Shown: piece by piece, positions 1-8,801 of the stretch | Position numbering within the stretch: position 1 is the stretch's first letter | Layout of the letters: each line of letters begins with the position of its first letter | From: a bacterium | GTDB taxonomy: Bacteria; Bacillota_I; Bacilli_A; RF39; UBA660 | NCBI GenBank assembly: GCA_030539175.1 | Contig: JAUNSN010000019.1 | Coordinates: 9,208 to 24,008, forward strand | Length of the DNA: 14,801 nucleotides | Direction: 5' to 3' | The notes under the pieces: generated by a model | Told to the model about the DNA's origin: nothing | Databases searched by the model: none | The model's input: only the letters and a program-made list of their open reading frames with translations | Program-made: the position numbers and the translations under genes

Positions 1-1000
1 GCATATTGTCGTCGAAGCCCTTTGTGTCTACCGAATATCTTCCTGATATAGAAGAAACTTCATTTATCTTTTCAATCATCTTTATATACTTATAAGAACA
101 ATCTGGCAAAGTATCTCTACCATCAGTAATTACATGACAAAATACTTCTTTTACATCACTATTTTTTAAATATTTAACCATTTCAATATAATGATTTATA
201 TGACTATGTACTCCTCCATCACTAACTAGTCCGATAACATGAACTCTTTTATTTTTTATTTGATCATTTAATATTTTGTTATTAAATAAAGTTTTATCAT
301 TTACCTTTTCATCAATTCTTACCTTACTTTGATAACTAACTCGACCACTTCCAATAGTTATATGACCAACTTCACTATTACCCATTTGACAATCAGATAA
401 ACCAACAGCACGACCAGATGCCTCTAAACTACAATGAGGATATTTATTTAATTTATCTAAATTAGGAGTCTTAGCAGTTAATACTGCATTACCTTTTTTC
501 TCTTTTCTAATTCCTATTCCATCCATTATAAGTAATACTACTACTTTTTTATTTTTCTCTTTTAAAGTAGTAAGTATATCACTTGCAACATTATAAAAAT
601 TCTTATCTATATATTTTGCTAAATTACTCACTAATAACAAATTATATTTTTTCCCATTAGTAACCATTACTAATATATATACAACTAATAAAAGAAAAAT
701 TAAAGATATACCCAAACTACTAATAGTTAAAGTAGAAGATATTCCATCTATTTCATCTAATAAACTATAACTATTAAATAAAGATGAATTAAGTACTAAT
801 TTAGTAATAACATAATTAACAAAACAATCTACTAATCCTAAAACAACAGCTTCCATACACTTAATTCTAATAGTTTTTCTTTTAATATATATAAAATACA
901 TAACCAAAGGAATAAAGTAAGTAAGAACTCTAAACACTGGTATAAACACACTAATCATAAAGCCACTATACATAAACAAATACAATATATTATTCTTCAT
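1..1000 (-). CDS. gpmI: 2,3-bisphosphoglycerate-independent phosphoglycerate mutase (iPGM), 3'-truncated at the window edge, with an N-terminal multi-TM extension of about 150 aa
   Basis: Hand translation of the minus strand from ATG 1000..998 stays open for 333 codons to position 2. It is absent from the ORF track because it runs off the window. iPGM hallmarks are present: VVLLIMDGIG, TPNLDKL, CQMGNSEVGH (catalytic Ser loop), LVSDGGVHSH, ITDGRD, ISGRY. Four hydrophobic segments precede the catalytic core. The start overlaps the upstream ORF stop by 11 nt. Confidence 0.8.
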   Translation of the reverse strand, partial: MKNNILYLFMYSGFMISVFIPVFRVLTYFIPLVMYFIYIKRKTIRIKCMEAVVLGLVDCFVNYVITKLVLNSSLFNSYSLLDEIDGISSTLTISSLGISLIFLLLVVYILVMVTNGKKYNLLLVSNLAKYIDKNFYNVASDILTTLKEKNKKVVVLLIMDGIGIRKEKKGNAVLTAKTPNLDKLNKYPHCSLEASGRAVGLSDCQMGNSEVGHITIGSGRVSYQSKVRIDEKVNDKTLFNNKILNDQIKNKRVHVIGLVSDGGVHSHINHYIEMVKYLKNSDVKEVFCHVITDGRDTLPDCSYKYIKMIEKINEVSSISGRYSVDTKGFDDNM

Positions 1001-1490
1001 TGTTTACCTCCTTTTTCTTTTTTATAACATCTAACCCCTCACTCATTAAATCCTCTATTGATAATAAATCACTCTCTAACACTTCCCTTAAAGTATAATC
1101 TTTTCCATGCTTATATTCAATAAACACCTCATCTAACTTCTCACATGGTAAATAATAGTAATAATCAACAGATTCCCCTATTAACAAAGATGGTTCAACA
1201 CATTTATCTTTCTTATCAACTATTTCATAAGCAAAATAATTTTCATCATATTTTATATTAAACCAACCAATTATCCATTTCTTATGATATATTTCATCTT
1301 CTTTTATATTATATTTAATTATTTTATAATACAATCCATAGTATTCTATACTACCACCATCATCATGATAAACAAGTGGAGCACTAAATATCGGAACAAA
1401 GTTTATTAACATACAAAAGATATCTACTAATATTAAAGTTAATAAAAATATAATAATTCCCCTAATTGTTTTCTTAACTGTTTGTTTCAT
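990..1490 (-). CDS. Hypothetical membrane-anchored protein (single N-terminal TM helix), no recognised family
   Basis: ORF-track ORF 990..1502 begins at a GTG with no spacing to any RBS. The ATG at 1490 lies 9 nt after GAGGGTG and is the likelier start. The N-terminus IIIFLLTLILVDIFCMLINFVPIF is hydrophobic. The ORF overlaps the trmB stop and the gpmI start, implying an operon. Confidence 0.55.
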   Translation of the reverse strand: MKQTVKKTIRGIIIFLLTLILVDIFCMLINFVPIFSAPLVYHDDGGSIEYYGLYYKIIKYNIKEDEIYHKKWIIGWFNIKYDENYFAYEIVDKKDKCVEPSLLIGESVDYYYYLPCEKLDEVFIEYKHGKDYTLREVLESDLLSIEDLMSEGLDVIKKKKEVNNEE

Positions 1491-2118
1491 TTTCTTTAAC
1501 ACCCTCTAAATAGTTAATATTCATTCCTCTATTAACAAATCTATCTTCATATTCCGTTGTTATATTTTCTATATTTTCTCTATGCAAATCATTAGTTACT
1601 ACAATTAATTTATACCCATAATTACATAATACTTCCTTAGAATAATTAAATAAATCTATATTATCTGTCTTCATCTTAATATGACAATTACTTTTAAATA
1701 TTTTATCATACTTTTTTAAAAACATAATACTAGTTAATCTTCTTTTATGATGTTTCTTCTTTGGCCAAGGATCCGAAAAGTTAAGTAATATCATATCTAT
1801 TTCTTTGGAAAAAACATCTTCTATATTCAAAGCATCCATACATATTAGTTTTATATTATTAAGTTTTAATTTTTCTAACCTTTTAACTGCTTTTATCATA
1901 ACACTAGGATATTTCTCTATTCCAATATAATTAATATTATTATTAACAATTGCATTATCAATAATAAACTTTCCCCTACCCACACCTATTTCAACATATA
2001 TTAAATTATCATTATTAAAAACACTTTTCCATTTTCCCTTATAAATACTAGGATTCTTTATTACATAAGTAGAACTATTAACTATATCGCTAGCACCCTT
2101 TATATTTCTAAGACGCAT
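1474..2118 (-). CDS. trmB: tRNA (guanine46-N7)-methyltransferase
   Basis: N-terminus MRLRNIKGA, SAM-binding motif VEIGVGRGKF, IGIE, and the signature FSDPWPKKKHHKRRL. The size (214 aa) is typical of Gram-positive TrmB. Confidence 0.9.
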   Translation of the reverse strand: MRLRNIKGASDIVNSSTYVIKNPSIYKGKWKSVFNNDNLIYVEIGVGRGKFIIDNAIVNNNINYIGIEKYPSVMIKAVKRLEKLKLNNIKLICMDALNIEDVFSKEIDMILLNFSDPWPKKKHHKRRLTSIMFLKKYDKIFKSNCHIKMKTDNIDLFNYSKEVLCNYGYKLIVVTNDLHRENIENITTEYEDRFVNRGMNINYLEGVKENETNS

Positions 2119-2209
2119 ATAACCACCATCTTAATAATATCACATTAGACACTAAAAATAAATAAAAACATATAATTAAAGTAGGAGAATTAAAAGAAAG
2201 GGTGAAAAC

Positions 2210-2449
2210 TTGAATAGAGATATGTATTATAACAACTATGGATATCAAAAAGATATACCAAATCAAATGATGCTTCCAAATCAAATGATGAATCCTAATG
2301 CTATGCCATATAACAATATGATGATGGATCAATCTATTGAAAGTAGAATTAATAAAATGGAAAAACAAATTCAAAAATTAGAACAAAGAGTATCAAGGTT
2401 AGAAACTCCACATAACAATGAACCAGATAACTCTATGTATATGATGTAA
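2210..2449 (+). CDS. Small hypothetical protein: Asn/Gln/Met-rich N-terminal half plus a short coiled-coil segment
   Basis: TTG start at 2210, about 6 nt after AAGGGTG. A strong intrinsic terminator follows directly. The low-complexity N-half contains the repeated PNQMM motif; KMEKQIQKLEQRVSRLE is heptad-like. One of only two plus-strand genes. Confidence 0.5.
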   Translation: MNRDMYYNNYGYQKDIPNQMMLPNQMMNPNAMPYNNMMMDQSIESRINKMEKQIQKLEQRVSRLETPHNNEPDNSMYMM

Positions 2450-2450
2450 A

Positions 2451-2487
2451 AAGTATTAAGAAACACCTTCTTAATACTTTTTTATTT
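2451..2487 (+). terminator. Rho-independent terminator after the 79-aa ORF (possibly bidirectional)
   Basis: Perfect 12-bp stem aagtattaagaa / ttcttaatactt (2451-2462 / 2468-2479) with a 5-nt loop, followed by TTTTaTTT. Confidence 0.65.
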
Positions 2488-2545
2488 AAATATATGGCAA
2501 TTCAGTTAAAATATCTATCTTTAACAATACTTTTATTATTACCTT

Positions 2546-2585
2546 AAAATAGAACAAAGTTATTATAATAACCTTGTTCTATTTT
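2546..2585 (-). terminator. Candidate efp terminator hairpin overlapping the efp stop codon
   Basis: Long palindrome 2546-2585. The stem is 14 bp on minus-strand RNA (one G-U pair), plus an inner palindromic ttatta/taataa. The 3' arm ends in UAUUUU. The U-tract is partly inside the stem, so the call is tentative. Confidence 0.35.
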
Positions 2586-3136
2586 CTTGATACATACTTT
2601 CCATCTTTAGTTGAAATAATAATACTTTCATTTTCATTAATAAATAAAGGTACTCTTACTACTAAACCAGTTTCTACAGTAGCGTCTTTTAAAGCATTAG
2701 TAGCTGTATTACCTTTAACACCAGGTTCAGTTTCAGTAACTAAAACATCGATTTTTTCTGGTAATTCAACCCCTAACATTTCACTTTCATAAAATATAAT
2801 ACTAACTTCTAAACCTTCTTTTAAAAACTTACTTTCATATTCAATATCTTTTTTATTTAAAGATATTTGTTCGTAAGTCTCCATATTCATAAAGTTAAAC
2901 TCATCACCAGTTTTATATAAAAATTGCATCTTTTGTTTATCTATATGAGCAGTAGGTATCTTAATACCAGCATTAAAAGTATTATCTATGATAGCACCCG
3001 TTCTTAAATTCTTTAATTTACTTCTAACAAATGCTGGACCTTTACCAGGTTTAACGTGTTGAAATTCTAAAACTTGATAAATGTTACCATCATAATTAAT
3101 AGTTACTCCATTCTTAAAATCATTTACATTAATCAT
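2579..3136 (-). CDS. efp: Translation elongation factor P
   Basis: 185 aa. [47 protein letters not shown] is the canonical EF-P N-terminal KOW domain with the KPGKG loop. Confidence 0.95.
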   Translation of the reverse strand: MINVNDFKNGVTINYDGNIYQVLEFQHVKPGKGPAFVRSKLKNLRTGAIIDNTFNAGIKIPTAHIDKQKMQFLYKTGDEFNFMNMETYEQISLNKKDIEYESKFLKEGLEVSIIFYESEMLGVELPEKIDVLVTETEPGVKGNTATNALKDATVETGLVVRVPLFINENESIIISTKDGKYVSRK

Positions 3137-3151
3137 TGCTTAAAACACCTC

Positions 3152-3319
3152 TTATTTTTTTTCTTTATGTGCAGTATTCTTACGACACCTTGGACAATAC
3201 TTATTTAACTCTAAACGGTCAGTTGTATTTTTTTTATTCTTACTAGTCTTATAATTTATTTCTTTGCACACAGTACATTGCAAATCAACTAAAGCCCTAG
3301 CTTCGCCTTTTTTAGCCAT
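3152..3319 (-). CDS. rpmG: 50S ribosomal protein L33
   Basis: The ATG at 3319 is preceded by AAGGAGGAGG, so the upstream extension in the ORF track is rejected. Zinc-ribbon pattern CTVC...CPRC and the L33 signature [10 protein letters not shown]...[19 protein letters not shown]. Confidence 0.9.
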   Translation of the reverse strand: MAKKGEARALVDLQCTVCKEINYKTSKNKKNTTDRLELNKYCPRCRKNTAHKEKK

Positions 3320-3360
3320 AGTTTTCCTCCTCCTTAAATAACACACCCTATTATAACAAA

Positions 3361-5427
3361 TTATTTAAAAATTTCAAAGTATTTATGAGTTATTTGTGAA
3401 ACTAATCGTTTATTTATTGAATTAGAATAGTTTGAACCATTATGTTCATGAGAAATATTAGGAGATACAGCAACAATACTCATAACTGGATTATCAAATG
3501 GAGCAAATCCTCCAAAGGTTGAAGTAATTGTCTCTGTATCAACATTTCCATCTCCATCAGTATCTATAAAACTTTGAGAAGTTCCTGTTTTACCACCAGC
3601 ATTAGAAGAATAATCTCCCATATAACCACTTCCTAAAATACCATTCATTACTGCATTTAAACCTTGTCTTATTCGATTCATATATTGTTCTTCTAAATCT
3701 ACTTCGCCTTCTACTTTAACTTCAGCATTATATATCTTTGAACCAAGTTTTTCTTTTTCCGTACTTGGAGCATATACTTCTTTTAATAAATAAGGAGTTA
3801 CTCTAAGACCAGAATTAGCTAAAGTATTCATATACTTAGATAATTGAATAGTAGTATATGTATCATACTGACCAATTGCAAAATCAAGTAAATGTCCCCC
3901 TAACCTTGAAGTACCTTTATAACCTAAACTTTCAACTGGCAAATCAATTCCCGTTTTTTCACCTAATCCATAAGATAAATACATACTTCGATATTTATCG
4001 AAAGCTTCTTCATCAATAGAAATAGCATCATTTACAACGTATTCACTTCCCCCTACTCTAAGAGCAATTTTAAACTGATAGACATTAGAAGAAAGCTGTA
4101 AAGCCGTAATATCATTAACATAACCTAAATCTCGCCAAGAACATTTAGCAGGAGTTGCCTTAATATACAAACATTCATCAAACATTGTTTCACCTATACT
4201 AATAGCACCATACTTATAACCAACACTCATTGATGCCCCCTTAACTATAGAACCAGCAGTAACTGGTAAAGTTACAATACCAGGAGTATAATCTTGAATC
4301 TTCTTATTATTATTATCATCATAAACAACCTTTTTACCAGCCATTGCAAGTATCTCTCCAGTAGAAGGATTACTAACAATAACAAAAGAATGATCATAAT
4401 ATTCTGTATTAACATCTCCTTTAGCATTCATAACCTCATAAGACAATATATTCTCTACTTCCCGTTGTAAGTTTATGTCAATCGTTAAGACAATATCATT
4501 GCCCCTACTTCCCGCATCAACTAACTCATAACTATTATCATTAAGAACTCGATAAGTTGCCTTTGTACCTTTTAAATATTCTTCATATTGATATTCTAAA
4601 TAACTAATACCTACTCTATCATTTAATGCGTAGCCCTTATTAACATAATCTTCTGCTAATTCTGCTGGTATTCCCTGAGTATCACTAGAAACTTTACCTA
4701 AAATACTCTTAAAAACATCCCCATAAGGATATATTCTCACCCAATCTAACTTAGTATTAAAACCATCTAACTGACTAACATTCTCAGATATAATGGCATA
4801 TTCTTCTTCAGTAACATCAACATTCTTAATAGTTTTCTCATCATATGAATACCCCTTATTCATTAAATAATATAAATAAGCCGCATGTCTATCTTCTTCA
4901 TTAAACTTCTCGATATCTTCATTAGTCACTCTTTCTAACTTTATCTTCTCTATATCATCACTAGTTATTTTTCTCTCACTTAAACTTTTCCTTTCCTCAT
5001 CAGTAATCCTTGCCTTAGCTTCGTCAGGATTCAACTTAACCCAAAAGTTTTTCAATTGACTAGTAGTAAGTTTTGTATAATCAACAGTCAAATACGACAA
5101 CACCTTATAAGCAAGTTCTATTTCTTCTTTTACCGTAACACCTTTACTCTTCTTATAATATATTGTCTTTATAGCTTTATTATCTACTAATAAGTTATAA
5201 TTTCTATCATAAATTCTTCCTCTAGGAGCAGAACTACCCTCAACAGTAGTCTCTACTGCAGCAAGTAATTTTTCTTGATATGACTCACTATCAAGTATTA
5301 TTACAGAAAACAATTTAAAAGTTATTAAAGAAAATATCATTATTATTACAATTATTAAAAAAGTATATCGTTTCTCTATAATATCTTTTAAAAATCTTTT
5401 TTTCTCTTTTTTTCTTGCATTCTTCAT
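3361..5427 (-). CDS. Class B penicillin-binding protein (PBP2-type transpeptidase)
   Basis: 688 aa with an N-terminal TM anchor and the dimerisation-domain motif [10 protein letters not shown]. Transpeptidase motifs are SxxK (SIVK), SxN (SSN) and KTG (GGKTGTSQ). RBS AAGGAGGAG lies before the ATG at 5427. Confidence 0.9.
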   Translation of the reverse strand: MKNARKKEKKRFLKDIIEKRYTFLIIVIIMIFSLITFKLFSVIILDSESYQEKLLAAVETTVEGSSAPRGRIYDRNYNLLVDNKAIKTIYYKKSKGVTVKEEIELAYKVLSYLTVDYTKLTTSQLKNFWVKLNPDEAKARITDEERKSLSERKITSDDIEKIKLERVTNEDIEKFNEEDRHAAYLYYLMNKGYSYDEKTIKNVDVTEEEYAIISENVSQLDGFNTKLDWVRIYPYGDVFKSILGKVSSDTQGIPAELAEDYVNKGYALNDRVGISYLEYQYEEYLKGTKATYRVLNDNSYELVDAGSRGNDIVLTIDINLQREVENILSYEVMNAKGDVNTEYYDHSFVIVSNPSTGEILAMAGKKVVYDDNNNKKIQDYTPGIVTLPVTAGSIVKGASMSVGYKYGAISIGETMFDECLYIKATPAKCSWRDLGYVNDITALQLSSNVYQFKIALRVGGSEYVVNDAISIDEEAFDKYRSMYLSYGLGEKTGIDLPVESLGYKGTSRLGGHLLDFAIGQYDTYTTIQLSKYMNTLANSGLRVTPYLLKEVYAPSTEKEKLGSKIYNAEVKVEGEVDLEEQYMNRIRQGLNAVMNGILGSGYMGDYSSNAGGKTGTSQSFIDTDGDGNVDTETITSTFGGFAPFDNPVMSIVAVSPNISHEHNGSNYSNSINKRLVSQITHKYFEIFK

Positions 5428-5510
5428 AATTCTCCTCCTTACATATTTTATTATATAATAAATAATTAATATAATAAAGATATTTTACATAATATTAAAC
5501 AGGTGATTAA

Positions 5511-5759
5511 ATGAATAAATATTTTATTATCGAATATATTAACAAATTAACGAAAAACGATTATTATAAGTATTTAAAGAAAAATAATATTTCTATTGAA
5601 GAAAAAGATTTAGACTTTCTTTTTAATTATATTAAAAAGAACAAAGAACGCATTTTAGATAATCCCATAACACATTTAAACTACCTTAAAACCGTTCTTC
5701 CAAATAATACTTATAAAACATTAGAACAATTATATTATAAATATCAAACTTATTTATAG
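5511..5759 (+). CDS. Small conserved hypothetical, DUF2624/YqfT-like
   Basis: RBS AGGTGA before the ATG. 82 aa, helical and K/N-rich. It is convergent with nfo and overlaps it by 10 nt, mirroring the yqfT-yqfS(nfo) neighbourhood of Bacillus subtilis. The family assignment is from memory of the sequence pattern only. Confidence 0.45.
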   Translation: MNKYFIIEYINKLTKNDYYKYLKKNNISIEEKDLDFLFNYIKKNKERILDNPITHLNYLKTVLPNNTYKTLEQLYYKYQTYL

Positions 5760-6664
5760 TATGACCTAATATCATCAATTAAATTACTATTAAATTGCTT
5801 ACTTTTAATCATTTCTATTTCCGTTTTATAAGGAGGAAAAATGCGTTTTTTTTCCTCATTATTAATAGTAACATAAGGAGTTTCTAAAATTTTAGGAATA
5901 TTAGCAAATGCTTTATGATAGATAATTTTTAACAGGTTTTCAAATCCAATTGTTCCATAACCGATATTAGCATGACGATCTTTCTTTACACCTATTTCAT
6001 TATTACTATCATTAATATGTAAACATTGTAAATAGTTTAATCCGACTATTTTATCAAATTCTTCTATTACCTCATCTATCTTAGTAACATCGTAACCACT
6101 ATCATTAATATGACAAGTATCTAAACAAACACCAATTTTATCTTTATTACATATTCCATCAATTATAGTTTTTATATCAGTAAAATTTCCCCCAATTTCA
6201 TTACCTTTACCAGCCATTGTTTCTAATAATATCATTACATCATGATCATTAGCAAGAATAATGTTTAATGCTTCTATAATATTATTAATTCCCTCTTCTT
6301 TACTTATACCAACACTAGAACCAGGATGTAATATTATTTTTTTTACTCCTAGCTCAACACATCTTTTAATTTCTGATGTTAAAAAACTAATTGAAAAATT
6401 ATAATTTCTTTTAACTTTCTTATTAGCAAGATTGATTATATATGGAGCATGAACAACAACATTATTAATATCAATATTATTTTCTTTCATTAAATTATGC
6501 GCTTCTAAAGTATTAGTTTTAGATATTTCACTTCTTATCGTATTTTGTGGCGCGCCAGTATAAAACATAAAAGCATTTCCCCCATAACTAAGTATTTCTT
6601 GTACTGCACCCACTAAACCAGTATCTTTTTTAAAAGATACATGACTACCAATTATTAACTTCAT
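5750..6664 (-). CDS. nfo: Endonuclease IV (AP endonuclease, TIM-barrel)
   Basis: IGSHVS, HAPYIINLA, HPGS, LETMAGKGNEIG, CLDTCH, HINDS and DRHANIGYGTIG match the Nfo metal-ligand motifs. The ATG at 6664 is preferred over the TTG at 6676 because GGAGGT lies 5 nt upstream of it. Confidence 0.9.
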   Translation of the reverse strand: MKLIIGSHVSFKKDTGLVGAVQEILSYGGNAFMFYTGAPQNTIRSEISKTNTLEAHNLMKENNIDINNVVVHAPYIINLANKKVKRNYNFSISFLTSEIKRCVELGVKKIILHPGSSVGISKEEGINNIIEALNIILANDHDVMILLETMAGKGNEIGGNFTDIKTIIDGICNKDKIGVCLDTCHINDSGYDVTKIDEVIEEFDKIVGLNYLQCLHINDSNNEIGVKKDRHANIGYGTIGFENLLKIIYHKAFANIPKILETPYVTINNEEKKRIFPPYKTEIEMIKSKQFNSNLIDDIRSYYK

Positions 6665-6674
6665 TTCTACCTCC

Positions 6675-6697
6675 AAAAAAAGATGACTTATGTCATC
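6675..6697 (-). terminator. Short intrinsic terminator after the pilin-like gene
   Basis: Read on the minus strand: gatgac-ataa-gtcatc, a 6-bp stem at 6682-6697, followed by seven T (6675-6681). It starts 3 nt after the stop at 6700. Confidence 0.5.
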
Positions 6698-6699
6698 AA

Positions 6700-7158
6700 T
6701 TAACTACTTGTTTTTGGTGCTACACCACTGTATTTACCTGTTGTTGTTCCCACCAAAGTAACTATAAATTTACCACTTGCACTTTTAACAACATACGAAC
6801 ATGGAGGAGTACCGCCACTACTAGAATCATAATTTGCTAAACTTGCATCAGCACTAGCAATTAAGTATTCTGTAGTTACTAAATCTGCCGCTTCTGCCTC
6901 TTTAGTCGTAATACAACGTGCTTTCCCATCAGTAAAATCAGATAACACTTTCTCACTAGCATCTACTAAATTATCTTTAACATACTGATCTCCATAAAAT
7001 TTGGCCACAGCTTCCGCTGAAGATTGTAAAGCACTTTCTTTTGCCGTGTCACTTGCATCCAATACTGTCGGTACTGCTATTATTAAAATAATCGCTAATA
7101 TAACAATAACCGCTAATAACTCAATTAATGTAAAACCTTTAGAATTTAACTTTTTCAT
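6700..7158 (-). CDS. Prepilin-type (type IV pilin / pseudopilin-like) protein with N-terminal cleavage/methylation motif
   Basis: MKKLNSKG|FTLIELLAVIVILAIILIIAVP is a class III signal peptide with Gly-1, Phe+1 and Glu+5. There are two Cys residues (ARCITT, PPCSYV) in the C-terminal half. The Ala/Ser/Thr/Gly-rich composition is visibly less AT-rich than the neighbouring genes. Confidence 0.8.
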   Translation of the reverse strand: MKKLNSKGFTLIELLAVIVILAIILIIAVPTVLDASDTAKESALQSSAEAVAKFYGDQYVKDNLVDASEKVLSDFTDGKARCITTKEAEAADLVTTEYLIASADASLANYDSSSGGTPPCSYVVKSASGKFIVTLVGTTTGKYSGVAPKTSS

Positions 7159-7186
7159 TTCACATCCTCCTAATCTCTATAATCAC

Positions 7187-7215
7187 ATTTTAGCATACAA
7201 TTAAAAATAAAGCAA
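7187..7215 (-). promoter_or_regulatory. Candidate sigma-A promoter for the pilin-like gene
   Basis: Minus strand: TTGCTT (7215..7210), 17-nt spacer, extended -10 TGcTAAAAT (7195..7187). The RBS AGGAGGATG lies downstream. Confidence 0.35.
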
Positions 7216-7232
7216 GAATATTTTGCGGAAAT

Positions 7233-7904
7233 TTAAAGGCTTTTAGTCCTTACAAAATCAGTATCAAGAGCTTTATTATTTAAGGCATGTTCTTTCAATA
7301 TACACATAATTTTCTTTAATTTCTTAGTTATATAAGGGCGTGACAAATTAAAAATCGCACCTATTTCTCTATGCGTATAACATTTTCCATCATCCATACC
7401 AAAATATAATTCAACCATTTTTCTTTGATCTTCATCTAAGTAACTAAGTATTTTTCTAACTTCTTCACCCAGTACCTTTATTTCATAATTATAAACAACA
7501 TCCATTCCTAAATCAACAAAACTATAGTAGCGCTCATTCATCTTCCAATCAAAAGAAACACTATTTGACTTTTGTTTTTCCGACCTAAAAAGAGCTGTTA
7601 TTTCATTTTTTATACAAACAAATGCATAAGTAGAAAATTTATAATTTTTCTCGATACAAAAATTATCTACAGCTTTAATTAATCCAATTATTCCAATAGA
7701 AACTAAATCTTCTAAATCAAAACTACTATTAACAAAACTATTATAAACTATATTTATTACTAACTTTATATTATGATTAATAATTATATTTCTCGCATCC
7801 TCATCACCTAATACCTTATATCTATAAAAATATGTTTTTATCTGCTCATCTGTTAAACATTCTGGTAACTCCTGAAGTAAAAAACAACATTTATTATCCA
7901 TCAT
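7233..7904 (-). CDS. Sigma-70 family RNA polymerase sigma factor, SigE/SigK-like (group 3), without an obvious pro-sequence
   Basis: Region 2: GDEDARNIIINHNIKLV...EDLVSIGIIGLIKAVDNF...FSTYAFVCIKNEI. Region 4.2 HTH: YTHREIGAIFNLSRPYITKKLKKI. RBS GGGAGGTGA before the ATG at 7904. Confidence 0.85.
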   Translation of the reverse strand: MMDNKCCFLLQELPECLTDEQIKTYFYRYKVLGDEDARNIIINHNIKLVINIVYNSFVNSSFDLEDLVSIGIIGLIKAVDNFCIEKNYKFSTYAFVCIKNEITALFRSEKQKSNSVSFDWKMNERYYSFVDLGMDVVYNYEIKVLGEEVRKILSYLDEDQRKMVELYFGMDDGKCYTHREIGAIFNLSRPYITKKLKKIMCILKEHALNNKALDTDFVRTKSL

Positions 7905-7940
7905 TCACCTCCCATAACAAAATCAATTTTTCCCAAAGTT

Positions 7941-8801
7941 TTAATTTCTAGGATGAGTTCTATAATAAACTTCCATCATATGTTCATCAGTTACATGTGT
8001 ATAAATACTAGTTGTATTTAAAGATTCATGACCTAGTAATTCTTTAACACTCATTAAATCCATTCCATTATTTAATAAATGAGTCGCAAAAGTATGTCTT
8101 AATGTATGGACAGTTGCTTTTAATTCAATACAACTATTAACTAATATTTTATCAAAAACTTTCCTTACCCCTCTTGTAGTAATATTACCACCCATTTTAT
8201 TTAAAAAAAGATAATCACTATTATACTTATTTAACATACCACGAACATCTAAATAATTACTTAATGCTTTTTCACAATAACTTCCATAAAATACATATCT
8301 TTGTTTACTTCTTTTTCCCAATACTTTAATTGATAAATCATCATAATTAATATCACTTAATTTTATATTAACCAATTCACTAATTCTAAGACCAGTTGAA
8401 TATAACATTTCAATTATTAAATAATTTCTTTTCCCTAAAACAGTAGTAACATCAATCGTATCTAATATTTTATCAATTTCATCGATTCTAAAAAAAGTTG
8501 GTAAACACTTCTCATACTTAGGATTCTTTATTTCATCAAAATAATTATATTTAACAATTCTTTCTTTTAATAAATAATTATAATATCCACGTAATGATGA
8601 TAACTTTCTAGCAATTGTCTTCTTAGTTAATCCCCTATCATATAAAGCACTTAAATAAAGTCTAACATCATCATTAGTAATATCTTGATAATTAACACTT
8701 ATAAAAGCAATAAACTCTTTTATATCGCATTTATAACTGTTTATAGTATCAACAGAATACTTTTTTATTACTTTTAAATATTGTAAGTATTTATCTACCA
8801 T
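7941..8801 (-). CDS. Tyrosine site-specific recombinase, XerC/XerD family
   Basis: N-terminal SAM-like core-binding domain (YLxxL...SxxTIxSYxxDIxxF). The catalytic residues are the Arg in GLRISEL, HTLRHTFATHLL, LGHESLNTT and IYTHV. The C-terminus ends in HPR, as in Xer proteins. Confidence 0.85.
   Translation of the reverse strand: MVDKYLQYLKVIKKYSVDTINSYKCDIKEFIAFISVNYQDITNDDVRLYLSALYDRGLTKKTIARKLSSLRGYYNYLLKERIVKYNYFDEIKNPKYEKCLPTFFRIDEIDKILDTIDVTTVLGKRNYLIIEMLYSTGLRISELVNIKLSDINYDDLSIKVLGKRSKQRYVFYGSYCEKALSNYLDVRGMLNKYNSDYLFLNKMGGNITTRGVRKVFDKILVNSCIELKATVHTLRHTFATHLLNNGMDLMSVKELLGHESLNTTSIYTHVTDEHMMEVYYRTHPRN

Noticed and set aside
2108-2374. 88-aa minus-strand ORF overlapping the trmB start and the plus-strand 79-aa ORF
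   Set aside because: It is an antisense shadow of the N/Q/M-rich ORF. The predicted product is His/Ile/Leu-rich low complexity. There is no RBS, and it would overlap the trmB 5' end. The plus-strand ORF has both an RBS and a terminator.
2574-2792. 72-aa plus-strand ORF
   Set aside because: It lies entirely antisense within the well-supported efp gene and has no RBS, so it is a shadow ORF.
3320-3346. Upstream extension of the L33 ORF (MCYLRRRKT…)
   Set aside because: The extension contains the AAGGAGGAGG Shine-Dalgarno sequence that serves the ATG at 3319. L33 homologues start at the shorter position.
6549-6556. GGCGCGCC, the only other conspicuous GC-rich patch, considered as a possible second DGR repeat copy
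   Set aside because: It is only 8 nt, lies inside nfo encoding the conserved Gly-Ala-Pro segment (YTGAPQN), and has no AAY run or similarity to 14703-14801.
6665-6676. TTG start extending nfo by four codons
   Set aside because: GGAGGT within those codons is the RBS for the ATG at 6664. MKLIIGSHVS matches the usual Nfo N-terminus.
7001-7204. 67-aa plus-strand ORF
   Set aside because: It is antisense to the 5' half of the pilin-like gene, whose class III signal peptide makes the minus-strand frame unambiguous.
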